Positions 1 through 11,869 of a stretch of DNA of 51,282 bases are shown in pieces. The translations under genes were made by a program, and so were the position numbers. Under the pieces are notes generated by a model that saw only the letters and a program-made list of their open reading frames with translations, was not told the origin of the DNA and did no database searches. Position 1 is the stretch's first letter. Every line of letters begins with the position of its first letter. This DNA is from Macrostomum lignano (taxonomy: Eukaryota), in assembly GCA_002269645.1 (NCBI GenBank), contig NIVC01004301.1, forward strand, positions 1 to 51,282, written 5' to 3'.

Positions 1-504
1 AGTTTGAGACTGAAGATGGGGTGGTGTTGATTTCAACGGTGAAGAGTTTGTATTGACGTTGATCATTGAGAGAATGTGAGAAAAGAATTACAATTGCCTA
101 ATGATTTCTGCAAAGTTATAGCTGTCTGTCAAAATCATTATTGACTACTCCATACTTATGAAACCAGTGTCTTTGGAGAGCTAGATTAATATTAGGGACA
201 TTGATATCAACGCCGGGCCAATATTTTCTCATGTACTCGCTGCATTCTAGTTTGCATCGGTACTTGGATTTGTACAATGGATGGGGCTGAGTATAATAAG
301 AACCTGGAGAGACAACTGGAAACATTTTTATTGAGAATTTAATTTTTTTCAAAGGGTGAGGACCCTGCGCTGATGATTTAAAGTCTTGGGGATCTGGTTT
401 CGCCGCTTCGGATTGAATGTGGGGAGAAGAATGCAGATTATTTTCTGATTGTTTCGAACATGCTATGGGTGGATTTGGAGCTTTTATGCTTAGAGCATAA
501 ACCC

Positions 505-540
505 TCAGAGCATAACATTAGGACACCGGTTATGCTCTGA
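505..540. other. Perfect 12-bp inverted repeat (TCAGAGCATAAC / GTTATGCTCTGA) with a 12-nt loop, next to a smaller palindrome at 484-500
   Basis: Read directly; both hairpins share the AGCATAA core. Confidence 0.8.
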
Positions 541-770
541 TTCTGTCAGGGATAATATGGATGGATTTAATAGGATTATGTTCGAAGTTTTCGGAGCAAG
601 TGCGACCCCTCCCCTTTTTCAAGATTCTGTCAGGGATAATATGGATGGATTTAGGTGGATTATGGAGGAGGTTTTGTGAGCGGGTGCGACCCCCCTTTTT
701 TCTGATTCTGTCAGGGATTATATGGATGGATTTAGGTGGATTATGGAGGAAGTGAAAAATTTTGTCCCAG
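537..770. repeat. Three imperfect tandem copies of an ~83-85-bp unit starting GATTCTGTCAGGGATAATATGGATGGATTTA
   Basis: Unit starts near 539, 624 and 704. Confidence 0.8.
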
Positions 771-790
771 AAGCCCCCTCATGCCTTCCA

Positions 791-847
<57 letters not shown>

Positions 848-848
848 C

Positions 849-913
<65 letters not shown>

Positions 914-918
914 ATCTT

Positions 919-974
<56 letters not shown>

Positions 975-1052
975 ATCTTTCTATCTATCTATCTATCTAT
1001 CTATCCATCTATCTATCTATCTATCTTTCTATCTATCTATCTATCTATCTAT
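791..1052. repeat. (CTAT)n microsatellite
   Basis: Direct; accounts for the YLSI ORFs. Confidence 0.98.
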
Positions 1053-1402
1053 ATACTGTTTAGTTACCTGTATATAATTACATAAATGACAGCTGTTGTC
1101 GGAAACGCTAGAAATCAGTGCTCTACAATTTGCTAAAGCCACCCTGTTAAACTTCTTTTCTCGGCGCTCTGCCGCTCAGATTTTCTCTGGGGATTAGACA
1201 AGAAATCAATGCGCTCTCTGGGGTGCTTGAAGGTCGTCTTTGACGCTTTGGGAGTGACAGGCCAAGGTGAGAAATTGACTGTCAGGGTTATGCTGGGTAA
1301 CTGGGGTAATCCAATAGCTACCTGATTGCATAGCTCGCATATCACGATTGAAGTATGAAAGTAGGGCCTTAGACACTGAGTCCTGAGATACTCAGACACT
1401 GT

Positions 1403-1403
1403 G

Positions 1404-1480
<77 letters not shown>

Positions 1481-1505
1481 CACGGACAAACAGACACACA
1501 GACAC

Positions 1506-1546
<41 letters not shown>

Positions 1547-1547
1547 A

Positions 1548-1610
<63 letters not shown>

Positions 1611-1800
1611 AAGACAGACAGACAGACAGACAGACAGACACACAGACAAACAGACAGACAAATAGACAGACACACGGACAAACAGACAGATAGACAGACA
1701 GACAAACAGACAGGCACACGGACAGACAGACAGACAGACAGACACGCAGACAGACAAACAGACAGACACACGGACAAACAGACAGACAGACAGACAGACG
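1403..1800. repeat. (GACA)n microsatellite
   Basis: Direct; accounts for the VCLS and RQTD ORFs. Confidence 0.98.
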
Positions 1801-2735
1801 GGCACAATTTTAAGTTTTCGCGAGCACTTCCGTCCTAAATTCCGCATCAGAGTATGGTTCAAGAATTCCAGTTCAAACGCTATAGTTCGCTCTGTTTATA
1901 ACTGCAGTTGCAAGCTTTTTAGACTTCAAAAAATGCGCATTGAAGCAGTTCGTTGTGTCTGTCGTGGTGTCGTGGGAAGCATCGATCTGTGCAGCTGCAC
2001 ATCAGTTGTCGAATCCCCGGTTAGAGAGGCCTAGCCGGAAGCCAACACGGCGTCAGGGAGAGTTTTGTGTGAAAGAATGAAGAGAGGAGGCTGCATGGGA
2101 AAATGCGGAACTGCATGTCACGAATGGGAGGGGAAGAGTTTGTAGGGAAGTCACAGCAGTTTAAACAGCTATTAGCTTCGGAATGGCACAGATAATATAC
2201 TCTGCTTTTATGGTGGCAGCACTTTCACTCCGCCTGGGCCGCACTCGATTCGCGATGAAAACTAGAAAAAAGTGAAAGTTTTTTTTCGTTGGCAAGCATT
2301 TTGCTCCGCAAGGCTGTGGAGCTGCTATATAGGCAGATGCCCATTATTCCTTAATGGTCGCTACATTTTTTCACAATTGAGCTCACGAGGTTTAAGGGGC
2401 GAATTCCCCGTGGGTTTTCTTTCATAAAAAAGCTTATCCTTACATTCACGGGATAAAATGGGTTGCTTCCAGGTGCACTCTTCTGTATTTCTAAGTTGGG
2501 GTGTTGAGAAAGAATTTTCATATCAGACAGATCGCTTAAAAATGCATTATCAGAACTTATCATGACTGTCTCCTCACCTTTCACATCTTGTATTCTGTCG
2601 AAAATGTGTGATAGTTATTCTATATTTTGTCAGATCAGTACAGGACAGCACAGAAAACAGACTGTCATTGTTGATCCATTGTCCTCTGATTATTAAAATG
2701 GAACGGATAACATTCAAAATCTGGTTAAAATAGGC

Positions 2736-3099
2736 CACAGCAGAGGTCACAGTAGGGGTCGCAGCAGGGGTCACGGTAGGGGTCACAGTAGGGGTCACGG
2801 TAGGGGTCACAGTAGGGGTCACGGTAAGGGTCACAGTAGGGGTCACAACAAGGGTCACAGCAGGGGTCATAGCAGGGGTCATAGCAGGGGTCACAGTAGG
2901 GGTCACAGTAGAGGTCACAACAAGGGTCACAGAAGGGGTCATAGCAGGGGTCACAGCAGGGGTCACAGTAGGGGTCACAGTAGAGGTCACAACAAGGGTC
3001 ACAGCAGGGGTCACAGCAGGGGTCATAGCAGGGGTCACAGCAGGGGTCACAGCAGGGGTCATAGCAGGGGTCACAGCAGGGGTCACAGCAGGGGTCGCA
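2736..3099. repeat. 12-bp minisatellite (GGGGTCACAGCA)n downstream of the GPCR stop
   Basis: Direct; accounts for the TPAV and CCDP ORFs. Confidence 0.95.
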
Positions 3100-3237
3100 A
3101 TAACGTGTAAACCATAGAATCGCAGTTATGATCGCAAACTCACAGCAATTGAAACCACAGATGGAAAATTTGCACAATGCAGGCCGAACAGTTAGGAATA
3201 AAAGTGTCATTTGTGTGTCAGTTGTCATTGCGCAGTG

Positions 3238-4500
3238 TCAAGCAGCGCTCAGCACGGGGTACTGGGCCCTGACCCGAGCGTTCGCCGGTCCCGTCAACAA
3301 GTTGGCCCGTGCCCTACCGGGTACACCTGGTGGCAGCCCCGGCATGCCTTTGAAGTTCCTCGCCCGCCTGGAGTGCATGACAGCGGCCAGCAGGCCCAGC
3401 CCGGACTCAAGTTTCCGGTCCTCTCTCGCGCCGAAACGGTCCATGAGGATCTCGATCGATGGCCGGGAGAACAGACAGCTGATGCAGAGGAAGATGGCCT
3501 GCAGCGCCTGCAGCATGAAGTGGATGTGCCACAGGCAGACGGACTCGCAGCTGTGGTAGAGCAGCAGTGCCGTCAGGGCGAACAGCTGCACAATGCCGTT
3601 GGCCAGAGCCAGCTTGGCGAACACTCGGAACCGGTGCACAGCCGATCGGCTGTCGTATTTTCTCTCCTCAGACATGGCATCGAAGATGCAGCCGAGACGG
3701 ATGAGGGCGGGCAGCTGAGCAGCCTGGAGCAGCAGGCAGGGCAGCGACAGCAGGTAGGCGTACGACACCGCCGATGGACGCAGCGATCTGAGCAGCGCCA
3801 GATGCGGATGCGCGCAGTTCCTGTCGCGGTAAAGCTTGGCCAGACTGCTGCTGAGGTAGGACAGCTGGCCGACCTGGGAGATGGACTCCGCGAAACCGTG
3901 CCACGAGTGCGGCTGTCTCGGAGACGCCTCAGCTGTCCTGCTGCTGCTGCTGCTGTTCCGCTCGACAAGGAACGTCGTTGAGACGCCGTCGCCGCCGCCG
4001 CCCTCGCCGTTCAAAGTCCCGAGTATTCCGGCGGCGAGGAACGGCGCCGCAGTGAGGAGGCTGGCGGCCGCGCACCGGCAGTAGGGAGCGCAGGAGCGCA
4101 GGCGGATCAGAGGCTGGGCCTGACGATGTCGCCGCTCCCGCAACCAGAGGTGCAGCACCGAGGCGGCGCTCCAGGCGGCCGTGGCGACCTCCAGAAAGTG
4201 CAGCGCGGCATTGACCGGCGCCATGACCTCGGCGGGCAGATCGTCCCGGTCGAGGCCGCATGCAAGGAGCTGCAGCACTGCGCAGGCCGTGTGCAGGCTT
4301 AGCGCAGTCAGCAGCTGCCTGCCGTAAAGTCGGCGAAGGTCTCGGAGACGAACGACGAGGCCGAGGTGGCCGCAGTAGGCGGCGAGGCAGACGGACATGC
4401 AGATGAGCGGCAGCGGAGCGAGGCCCAGATCGGCTGGCGCCGGAGACTCGGCAGGCGGCGTCGGCGGGGAGGCCGGCAATGGCTGAATCGGCTGCGGCAT
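3238..4500 (-). CDS. Single-exon 7TM GPCR, family B / Methuselah-like, ~420 aa, with a very short Pro-rich N-terminus and a long ECL2
   Basis: Seven hydrophobic segments. Resembles family-B motifs: ICL1 LRxLxGxxL, TM3 HFLxxAxxxW, TM6 RFRVFAKL, TM7 LQAIFL. ATG at 4500 with an in-frame TGA at 4558-4560. Confidence 0.8.
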   Translation of the reverse strand: MPQPIQPLPASPPTPPAESPAPADLGLAPLPLICMSVCLAAYCGHLGLVVRLRDLRRLYGRQLLTALSLHTACAVLQLLACGLDRDDLPAEVMAPVNAALHFLEVATAAWSAASVLHLWLRERRHRQAQPLIRLRSCAPYCRCAAASLLTAAPFLAAGILGTLNGEGGGGDGVSTTFLVERNSSSSSRTAEASPRQPHSWHGFAESISQVGQLSYLSSSLAKLYRDRNCAHPHLALLRSLRPSAVSYAYLLSLPCLLLQAAQLPALIRLGCIFDAMSEERKYDSRSAVHRFRVFAKLALANGIVQLFALTALLLYHSCESVCLWHIHFMLQALQAIFLCISCLFSRPSIEILMDRFGAREDRKLESGLGLLAAVMHSRRARNFKGMPGLPPGVPGRARANLLTGPANARVRAQYPVLSAA

Positions 4501-4596
4501 CAAAGCGGTTGCTATGGTAACCTGTGGCCGGTCCGTTTTGCGCGGTAATATCCTGCATCAGCTGCCGTGGGATTCACTGCCTAGCAGCCAGGCTTT

Positions 4597-4615
4597 ATTG
4601 GGGCAGCCGGCCAAT
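4597..4615. promoter_or_regulatory. Two CCAAT boxes in opposite orientation ~100 bp upstream of the GPCR ATG
   Basis: ATTGG at 4597-4601 and CCAAT at 4611-4615; function inferred from position only. Confidence 0.35.
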
Positions 4616-4692
4616 GGGATTGCGGCAAATTGCTGAATTCACTCCCCACTCTTGATCCAATCCAGTTTTTCTCTTTCTTTCCTTGCTAGTGA

Positions 4693-5230
4693 CTCCTCTC
4701 TGTCTCTATAGACACCCACTTTTCTCTATAGACCTATTTCTGTCTCTTTAGACACCCATCTGTCTCTATAGACACCTATCTCTGTCTCTATAGACACCCA
4801 TCTGTCTCTATAGACACCCATCTGTCTCTATAGACACCCATCTGTCTCTATAGACACTTCTCTCTCTATAGAAACCCATCTATCTCTATAGACACCCATC
4901 TGTCTCTATAGACACCCATCTGTCTCTATAGACACCCATCTGTCTCTATAGACACACATCTATCTTTATAGACACCCACTTTTCTCTGTAGACCTATTTC
5001 TGTCTCTATAGACACCCATCTGTCTCTATAGACACCCATCTATCTCTATAGACACTCATCTATCTCTATAGACACTTTTCTGTCTCTATAGACACCCATC
5101 TGTCTCTATAGACCTCTCTGTCTCTATAGACACCCATCTATCTCTATAGACACCCATCTGCAGACACCCATCTATCTCTATAGACACCCATCTATAGACA
5201 CCCATCTATCTCTATAGACACCCATCTGTC
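4693..5230. repeat. 20-bp minisatellite (CTATAGACACCCATCTGTCT)n
   Basis: Direct. Confidence 0.95.
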
Positions 5231-5816
5231 TCTTCTTTAGGGTGTCAAAATATTCCTTCAATCAAGCAGATGAATCAAGCAGATCAAGCAGATGATCAAG
5301 CAGATGAAGCAGATGAGGTTTTCGAATTAAAACACTCCTTACTTTCGAATCCAAATGAATTACACAGCAAGAGCCGCCTCTCCCGTGTAGTCCAGCCATT
5401 GGGCTTTTATGTTTTACTGACCATAGCTAACTGTAATTCGTTTGAAGCTGTCGGGACCTGCAGCTGGGAGAAACCTGATGCCATGATGAATTATTGAGCA
5501 GCTGAAAAACGCGCACCGAAGCACTGCAGATCGTTTTTTTCTGGGAGCTCCTGCTTTTGCCAAACTACAAGCTCTCCCTTTCTCTTCTCTGTTTCATGCG
5601 CAATGCAGGTAAAAGACCTTCGCAGCTAGCGATTCCAATTTGGAAAGAGTTCGTTTGCATGTTTAATCGAGTATGCCGGAGCTCGGCATCAATTGAGCAT
5701 TCGCGATTCAAAAATGAAAGAGAATTATCAGCCTAGACGGCTGGGCTTTTATTAAAACCTGAGTAGCGGGACTCAACCCCCGAATCTGTTATTCCTGATC
5801 AGTGCTGGCATAGAAA

Positions 5817-6200
5817 TCTTTCTCTTCCTGTCTACTTCTCTCTCTCCCTGTATACTTCTACCTGTCCTTGTCTACTTCTCTCTCTCCCCCTTTCTACTTT
5901 TATCGCTCGTGTATATTTCTATTCCTCCATGCGTAGTTATATCTCTCCCAGTCTACTTATATCTGTCTACTTCTATACTTCCCTGTGTAATTCTTTCTTT
6001 CCCTGTCTATACTTCTATCTCTCCCTGTCTACTTCTATCTCTCCCTGTCTATTTCTATCTCTCCCTGTCTACCTCTATTTCTCGCTGGCTACTTCTATCT
6101 CACTTTCTCACTTCTATCTCACTTCTATTTCTATCCTTTTCTGTCTACTTCTATCCCTCTCTGTCTACTTCTATCTCTCCCTCTTATATTCCTTCTCTCC
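5817..6200. repeat. Degenerate CT-rich ~20-bp tandem repeat (CTACTTCTATCTCTCCCTGT)
   Basis: Direct. Confidence 0.85.
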
Positions 6201-6926
6201 TCTCGCAGTACTGGGCAGCATCTCTGGCCTCTTAATAACCTTATCAGTCAAAGCATACTCATTCGATCCAACAGAGCTCAAAGTTGGCAACGATATGGGC
6301 TACTCGTCAACTGCAGAAAAGTTCGAGGAGCAGAGACGCGGCAGGGATTTCAAAGATTAAATTCGTTACGGGCGGCTGCCCTATCAGCGCTGCGGGGAGC
6401 TCTGGGGCTGCGATTCTGGGGTGAGGAGAGGGGCAGGGGACTGCCAAGGGCATCAGCTGGAGAAGCTGCATGGGTTGGAGGGACAGTCAAGAGTAAGAGA
6501 TGTGCAGCGAGACTCCTCGAGGGTGAGACAAAAGTAACACATATTGTCTAATTCTCTGCAGTGCCTTGGGGGCTTGGCGTGTGCATAATGCAGATGTACA
6601 CCTCTAAAAAAGCAATCAGAAAGTCAATGCAGCAGCAACACTCAAAGCAATTCTATAACCAAAAAAGGAACCGAAGTGTCCTTACATACTGAAAAAATTC
6701 AACTCAATTGTGTACTATAAGAAAAAAGTAACTAATTTTTCAATGAAAAAAATTGATAACAAATAAAACTGGCTTGTCGCTCCGTGTTAGAAGGAAAAAA
6801 ACCCTAGATGTGACAGTATTAGCGGCCTCCAAAATCGATTCCACAGTAGTACGACAGGTGGGGAAAAACTTAGTTAATAAAAATCCCTATGTAAAAATTT
6901 TCTCAAGTTCTGCCCGAGTCGCAGAG

Positions 6927-9900
6927 TTACAGCATCACAGGGGCCAGCTGGTGCCGCTTCCTGGAAGTCCACACCAGCTCGGAGCGGACCCGGACCTCGC
7001 CTTCCAGCGCCTCGTCGGCGGGTCCGTGACGCCGGGCCTCCGCCCAGCAGGCGGCCGTCATCAGCTCGGAGCTCAGCCAGACTCGGCCTGGCCAGGCGGG
7101 GCTCAGCTGCAGCGCCGCCGTTGCCCCGGCAACCAGCCGGGCCAGACTCTGCCTGGTCGAGGCCGGCTCCGCCAGGACGCCGTCCTGCAGTTGGCGAACT
7201 TGGCAGGCCAGCGACTCCTGCCTGGCGTGCCGGCAGCCGCTGCCGACGCCGTTGCCTCCGACGGACGCCAGCAAGCCGGTGGCCACGGCGCACTCGTCGC
7301 ACTGGCCGGCCGTCAGCACGACGGTCTCGGTGGCGAGTCCGGCCTCGCCTCCGCCGGTGCCACCGTCGGTCGCCACCGCGGTCACGAGCTGCAGCAGCTC
7401 CTCGCAGCTGCCGCCGCCGCCACCCGGCCGATGGCTGTGCAGCTCAAGCAGCGGCTGTCGAAGTTGAACGCCGAATTCGAAGCCGGACTTGCTAGCGGTT
7501 GCTAGGCGGCATCGATCCGCTGTGTCTGGCAGCCGGGTGAGCACCAGAGTGCAGGCCGGGGTTCGAGTCTCCAGCGCTGCCGGCCGGTAGACTCGCAGGC
7601 TGACGCCTTCGACCAGCTCAGCTGAGCAGCCACATCGCCTGTTGGTCTTCGCTGCTGTTTTGCTCGCCAAAGCCGTCGTGGATTCGTCGTCGACCAGCTG
7701 TCGGTGACAGCAGAGCCTGTGCGAGCTGTCGCTGCCGATCTCGAATTCGTTGAACTGCCTGGCGCAGCCGGCCTGCCGGTGAACGCCAGCCAGCGCGACC
7801 TCCTCCAGCACGCTGCTCTGAGCCGGTCCGGGGCGCGCAGTTTGCTGGATGCGCGCTTGGCTGGATGAAGCCAGCCGGAGCTGCTGGGCGGAGCAGCCAT
7901 CCAGTTCCAATCGACGTGTCGAAGCCTCCATGCTGCTGGGCATCTCAGAGGCGGCCACAGCCGATGTGGCCGAAGACAGCTTGGCTGGTCCAGAGATCAG
8001 AGGCTGCACGGAAGTCGCGCGACCTTCGTGTGCGATGCCGCAGACGGCTCTCGATGTTGACACCGCTGCGGCGCTTTCCTCAATGCCGGGAATTTGCTGA
8101 CAGCGTGCGGCTGCTTCGGCTGACGGACCCGCCACGGTGCAGGCTGCTGTCGTCTCCGTCTCCAGCGCGCGACGTCGCTTTGAAGTCGGCGTCTTCAGTG
8201 TCGACAGCCGACAAGCCGCAACCGCTGCTGGCTGCTCCGTCTGTGAAGCGGCGGTGGAGTCAGCTTGGCACAATGAGCAGGCTGCGCAGCAGGCGGTGCC
8301 GGTCTCGGCTATAGCGGCGTCGTGAGCACCGCTGCCGAGGCCCAGCGCCGACTCCTCCAGCAGGGCAGACGCGCGCAACGCCGTCGCTCCCGATTTGATC
8401 AGCGAATTTTTTTTCGACTCAAACAGCCGACGCTGGCAGACGGTTAGGCAGGCGGTGCAGACGCCGATTTGAGTCGCGTGGTCAATCGACGAAACCTGCC
8501 GCTGTTGCGACGACCCCGCGGAGGCAGCGGATTCGGTCCGAGCGACTCCTGGAAGCGGCGGTCTGCAGACGGAGACTTCGAAACGGCTGTCCAGCTCTGC
8601 GGCTCCGTCGTCAAGTCCGACCAGCGGCTTCCCCAAGCAGGCGGACTCGCGGGCGGAACGCTGCTGCAGACAGGCCGCGGTGCCGACTGCCAGCTTGCCA
8701 GCAGCGCAGACGGCGGTGGCCTCCAGGCTGGTGTCGGTGCGCAGCTGCTGGGAGATCCTCGACGCGGCGACGCCCTGAACGGCGTGGTGCAGCGGCCTGA
8801 GCGGATGCAAATGCGCGGCGACGAAAGCCTCCTCCGATGTGCTTGGCGGCAGGGAATGAGTTGAGTCCTGCGACCGCAGATCCGCGTCAGTCTCCGTTGA
8901 GGTGACACCCTGGCTGATCAATCGGAAGGCTCGGTCGAAATTGTTGACGTCGAACTCGGAGCTGTTGACGCTCGCGGAGCCGGAGGCGCCGCGGCTGCTA
9001 TAGGTTGTCGGGAAGCTGGAATCGTCTATCAGCGCCAAATTCTTGTCGTCGTCGTCAGTGGGTTTCGCTGCATCGGCCACGACGGCGCTCAGTAGAAGCG
9101 TCGGTCCCGCCTGGTTGGCCGCCCGAGGCTCGTGGCTGCAGTTGCTGCACAGCGCATTCGACGCTGCCGCCGCCGACGGCTGCTCCTCAAAGCTGGTCTC
9201 CATCTCGGTGAACGAGATGAACTCACCAGCCGCCGCCTCGGTCGCCGCGGCTCTGGTGGCTTCGGCCAGCAGCCGAACGGCCTGTTGCCACAGGCGGCGC
9301 GTCAGCTGCGACGTCGGTCCCTGCGGCCGCGCCTGCGGCTGCTGCTGCTGCTGCTGTTGCAGCTGCAGTCGAAGCTGCAGCCGCCGCAGTCGCAGGAACG
9401 GACTCACTGTCGAGTTCAAACTCCAACGAGCCGAGTTGACGCGCTCGTCAGTGAATGACGACACGAGACTGCTGCTGCTGCTGCCGCCGCTGCCGCTGCT
9501 GTCGCTGCTGCTTACGGAACTGCTGCTGCCGCTGCTGCTAGGAATTGGCATTCGGCCGCTGCCATTGCTGTTGCTGCCCGATACCATCTGGTAGCAGCAG
9601 CCGGTCCCGGCTTGGCCCGCCGCCGTCGCCAGTGGCAGCCGCTTCACCAGGCGGCGCACCCGCCAGCTGCCGCCCAGACTGCAGACGAGATCGGCAAGTC
9701 GACGCGCGCTGGCTGGGAAGTCGCCGCCGGACTCGTTCATCAGCACCTCGACTGGGACGGAGACGCCAGTTTTGCTTTGCTGCTGTTGCAGATTCTGGTG
9801 CTGCAGTTCTGCTTGCTTCTGGTAGCGATGATCGACCAGGATTGAGCAGCCGCAGGTGGTCTCAATGTCGGCAAGCAGACGGTCCACATTGGGGTCAGTA

Positions 9901-10962
9901 GAGAGCAGCTCTGCAAGGCGTTCGTCCACCCAGAATGAAAAGTACACCACCGTCTCCTCTGCGGATGCAGCATCATCACTCTGTGGAGCAGAATCCTGCT
10001 TCTGCTGATGTTGCCTCTGCTGTTTCTGCTCTTTCCTAGCTTCCCGAACAGCAGATCTGCGTGTTTTTGCGAGGAGTTTTGAGGTGCTGATTGGATTTGC
10101 CTGCAAGGTACGTATTGAGCCTACGAATTGTGACCTACAAATAACCTGTGCTTTTAAACCAGATGGACTTTTCGTGTGCCAACTTTAATAAGGTAAAATT
10201 TGTGTTTAAGTTAGCCTTTTTATCAAATAGATAGTCTTTGTATCTAATAGAGAATCTTTATGTCTAATAGATAGTCTTTGTGTCTAACAGAGAGTCTTTG
10301 TGTCTAACAGAGAGTATTTGTGTCTAACAGAGAGTCTTTGTGTCTAACAGAGAGTCTTTGTGTCTAACAGAGAGTCTTTGTGTCTAACAGAGAGTCTTTG
10401 TGTCTAACAGAGAGTCTTTGTGTCTAACAGAGAGTCTTTGTGTCTAACAGAGAGTCTTTGTGTCTAACAGAGATTCTTTGTGTCTAACAGAGATTCTTTG
10501 TGTCTAACAGAGTCTCTGTATCTAATAGATAGCCTTTGTGTCTAACAGGTACGTTTCTGTCTAACAGGCTCGTCTTTTTCTAACAGGTTCGTCTCTGTCT
10601 AACAGGCTATGTCTCTGTCTAACAGGTACGTCTCTGTCTAAAAAATTCGTCTCTGTCTAACAGGTACGTCTCTGTCTAAAAAATTCGTCTCTGTCTAACA
10701 GGTACGTCTCTGTCTAAAAAATTCGTCTCTGTCTAACAGGTACGTCTGTCGTCAACGTGCTTAATAATTTCAAACATGTTGCATACCAGACAATTGTGGT
10801 ACTACTAAACACTGGCATATGCATAATTTGTTGTCCTTTATTCTCAATATCACGAGCTACAAACCTTGAAGAAGATTTCAGCTGCTGCTGTTCCTGAACT
10901 CTTGAATTTGACTGATGCCGATTCAACCTCGCTGCAGATTCATTCTGCGAGGCCGATGCCAT
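6927..10962 (-). CDS. Uncharacterised ~1100-aa Ala/Ser/Gln-rich protein. Proposed exons: 10962-10865 and 10134-6927
   Basis: A 3.2-kb GC-rich open frame ends in TAA at 6927-6929. The phase-2 donor AG|GTTTGT at 10865 and the acceptor TTATTTGTAG|G at 10134 keep the frame. Exon 1 is less certain than exon 2. No family recognised. Confidence 0.7.
10225..10745. repeat. 20-bp minisatellite (TGTCTAACAGAGAGTCTTTG)n that drifts to GTCTAACAGGTACGTCTCT units; intronic
   Basis: Direct. Confidence 0.95.
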
Positions 10963-11156
10963 GCATGGGCCAGGTTGTCGTCTAGTTATAGAAAACTAAA
11001 AAATTGAATACTAACAAGGGTGACTTATGCTCTGGCGTTTGGTGATGACAGTTCCTGGTGCCGTGGTGTGGTTTATTTTAAGAGTGTGTGAGGCTTGAGC
11101 TGGGCTGAATTGGCCATAGACTTGCCAATATTGTAGTGAGCGTTTTCAGCCTAAAA

Positions 11157-11260
11157 ATAGACAGACAGACAGACAGACAGACAGAAAGACAGACAGACAG
11201 ACAGACAGACAGATAGACAGACACACAGACAGACAGACAGACACAGATAGACAGGCAGGC

Positions 11261-11357
<97 letters not shown>

Positions 11358-11395
11358 CAAGACACACGGACGGATGGACAGACAGACACAGACAG
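11157..11395. repeat. (GACA)n microsatellite
   Basis: Direct. Confidence 0.97.
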
Positions 11396-11869
11396 TCGTA
11401 CATACAGTCGTACATGTACTTTCAAAGCATCTCTAGTATTTGTCTAAGCTACAAGCTAAACCTAAACTAAACTGAAACTTTAAGAAACATTCGGACATGA
11501 ATTGCTGATTACCTTTCTCAAGCAGAACCCACCGCCAAGCAAGCACATTAATGTCCATGTTAAAGAAAACACGCGTACTAGGCTGAACAAGTCAAACAAG
11601 AACACCCAGTTCAGTGAGCACACACTGCTGCATGCATAGCGATAAGGCACAGCTACAATTTCTATAAGGCCGCTTATAGCTGCTAAATTGAGCAATTAAA
11701 GTACCACTGAAAATTGCAATGGCTGTTTGCACTGCGCAAAAGTACAACTGTTAACTTCCACAGAGCCTTTGTTTTAAGTTTCACAATTTCAGGCTGCAGA
11801 GCCAGCCCGGCTCTCGCATAAAGAGAGTGTACATGTTTGACGAAATGAGAAAGTCAGGACCGCTGCACT

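Noticed and set aside
116-352. 78-aa minus-strand ORF that looks non-random and has an acceptor-like ATGTTTCCAG
   Set aside because: It could be a terminal exon or a mobile-element fragment, but I recognise no family and found no partner exon, so it is left uncalled
722-1862. ORFs made of YLSI, VCLS and RQTD repeats (and similar ORFs at 11078-11425, 37020-39825, 46678-48075, 50825-51244)
   Set aside because: These are translations of simple-sequence repeats, open in several frames, with no synonymous bias
1960-2025. Weak tRNA-like A/B boxes (also near 5760-5815)
   Set aside because: The matches are too degenerate, and no tail, TSD or second copy supports a SINE call
2574-3228. Mucin-like TPAV and Cys-rich CCDP ORFs
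   Set aside because: Products of a 12-bp minisatellite; variants are non-synonymous and there is no splice or signal-peptide support
6355-6390. CTGCCCTATCAG, resembling a conserved 18S rRNA segment
   Set aside because: The match is only ~12 nt and the flanks do not resemble rRNA
6753-9901. Multiple plus-strand ORFs opposite the large minus-strand gene (likewise those opposite or overlapping the GPCR, lectins and netrin)
   Set aside because: Expected shadow ORFs of GC-rich coding sequence; no recognisable domains
4693-10745. The 4693 and 10225 arrays as inverted arms around the large gene, like the cyclin Q case
   Set aside because: Similarity is limited to a TCTCT..TAGACAC core; the rest of the units differ, so common origin is not supported
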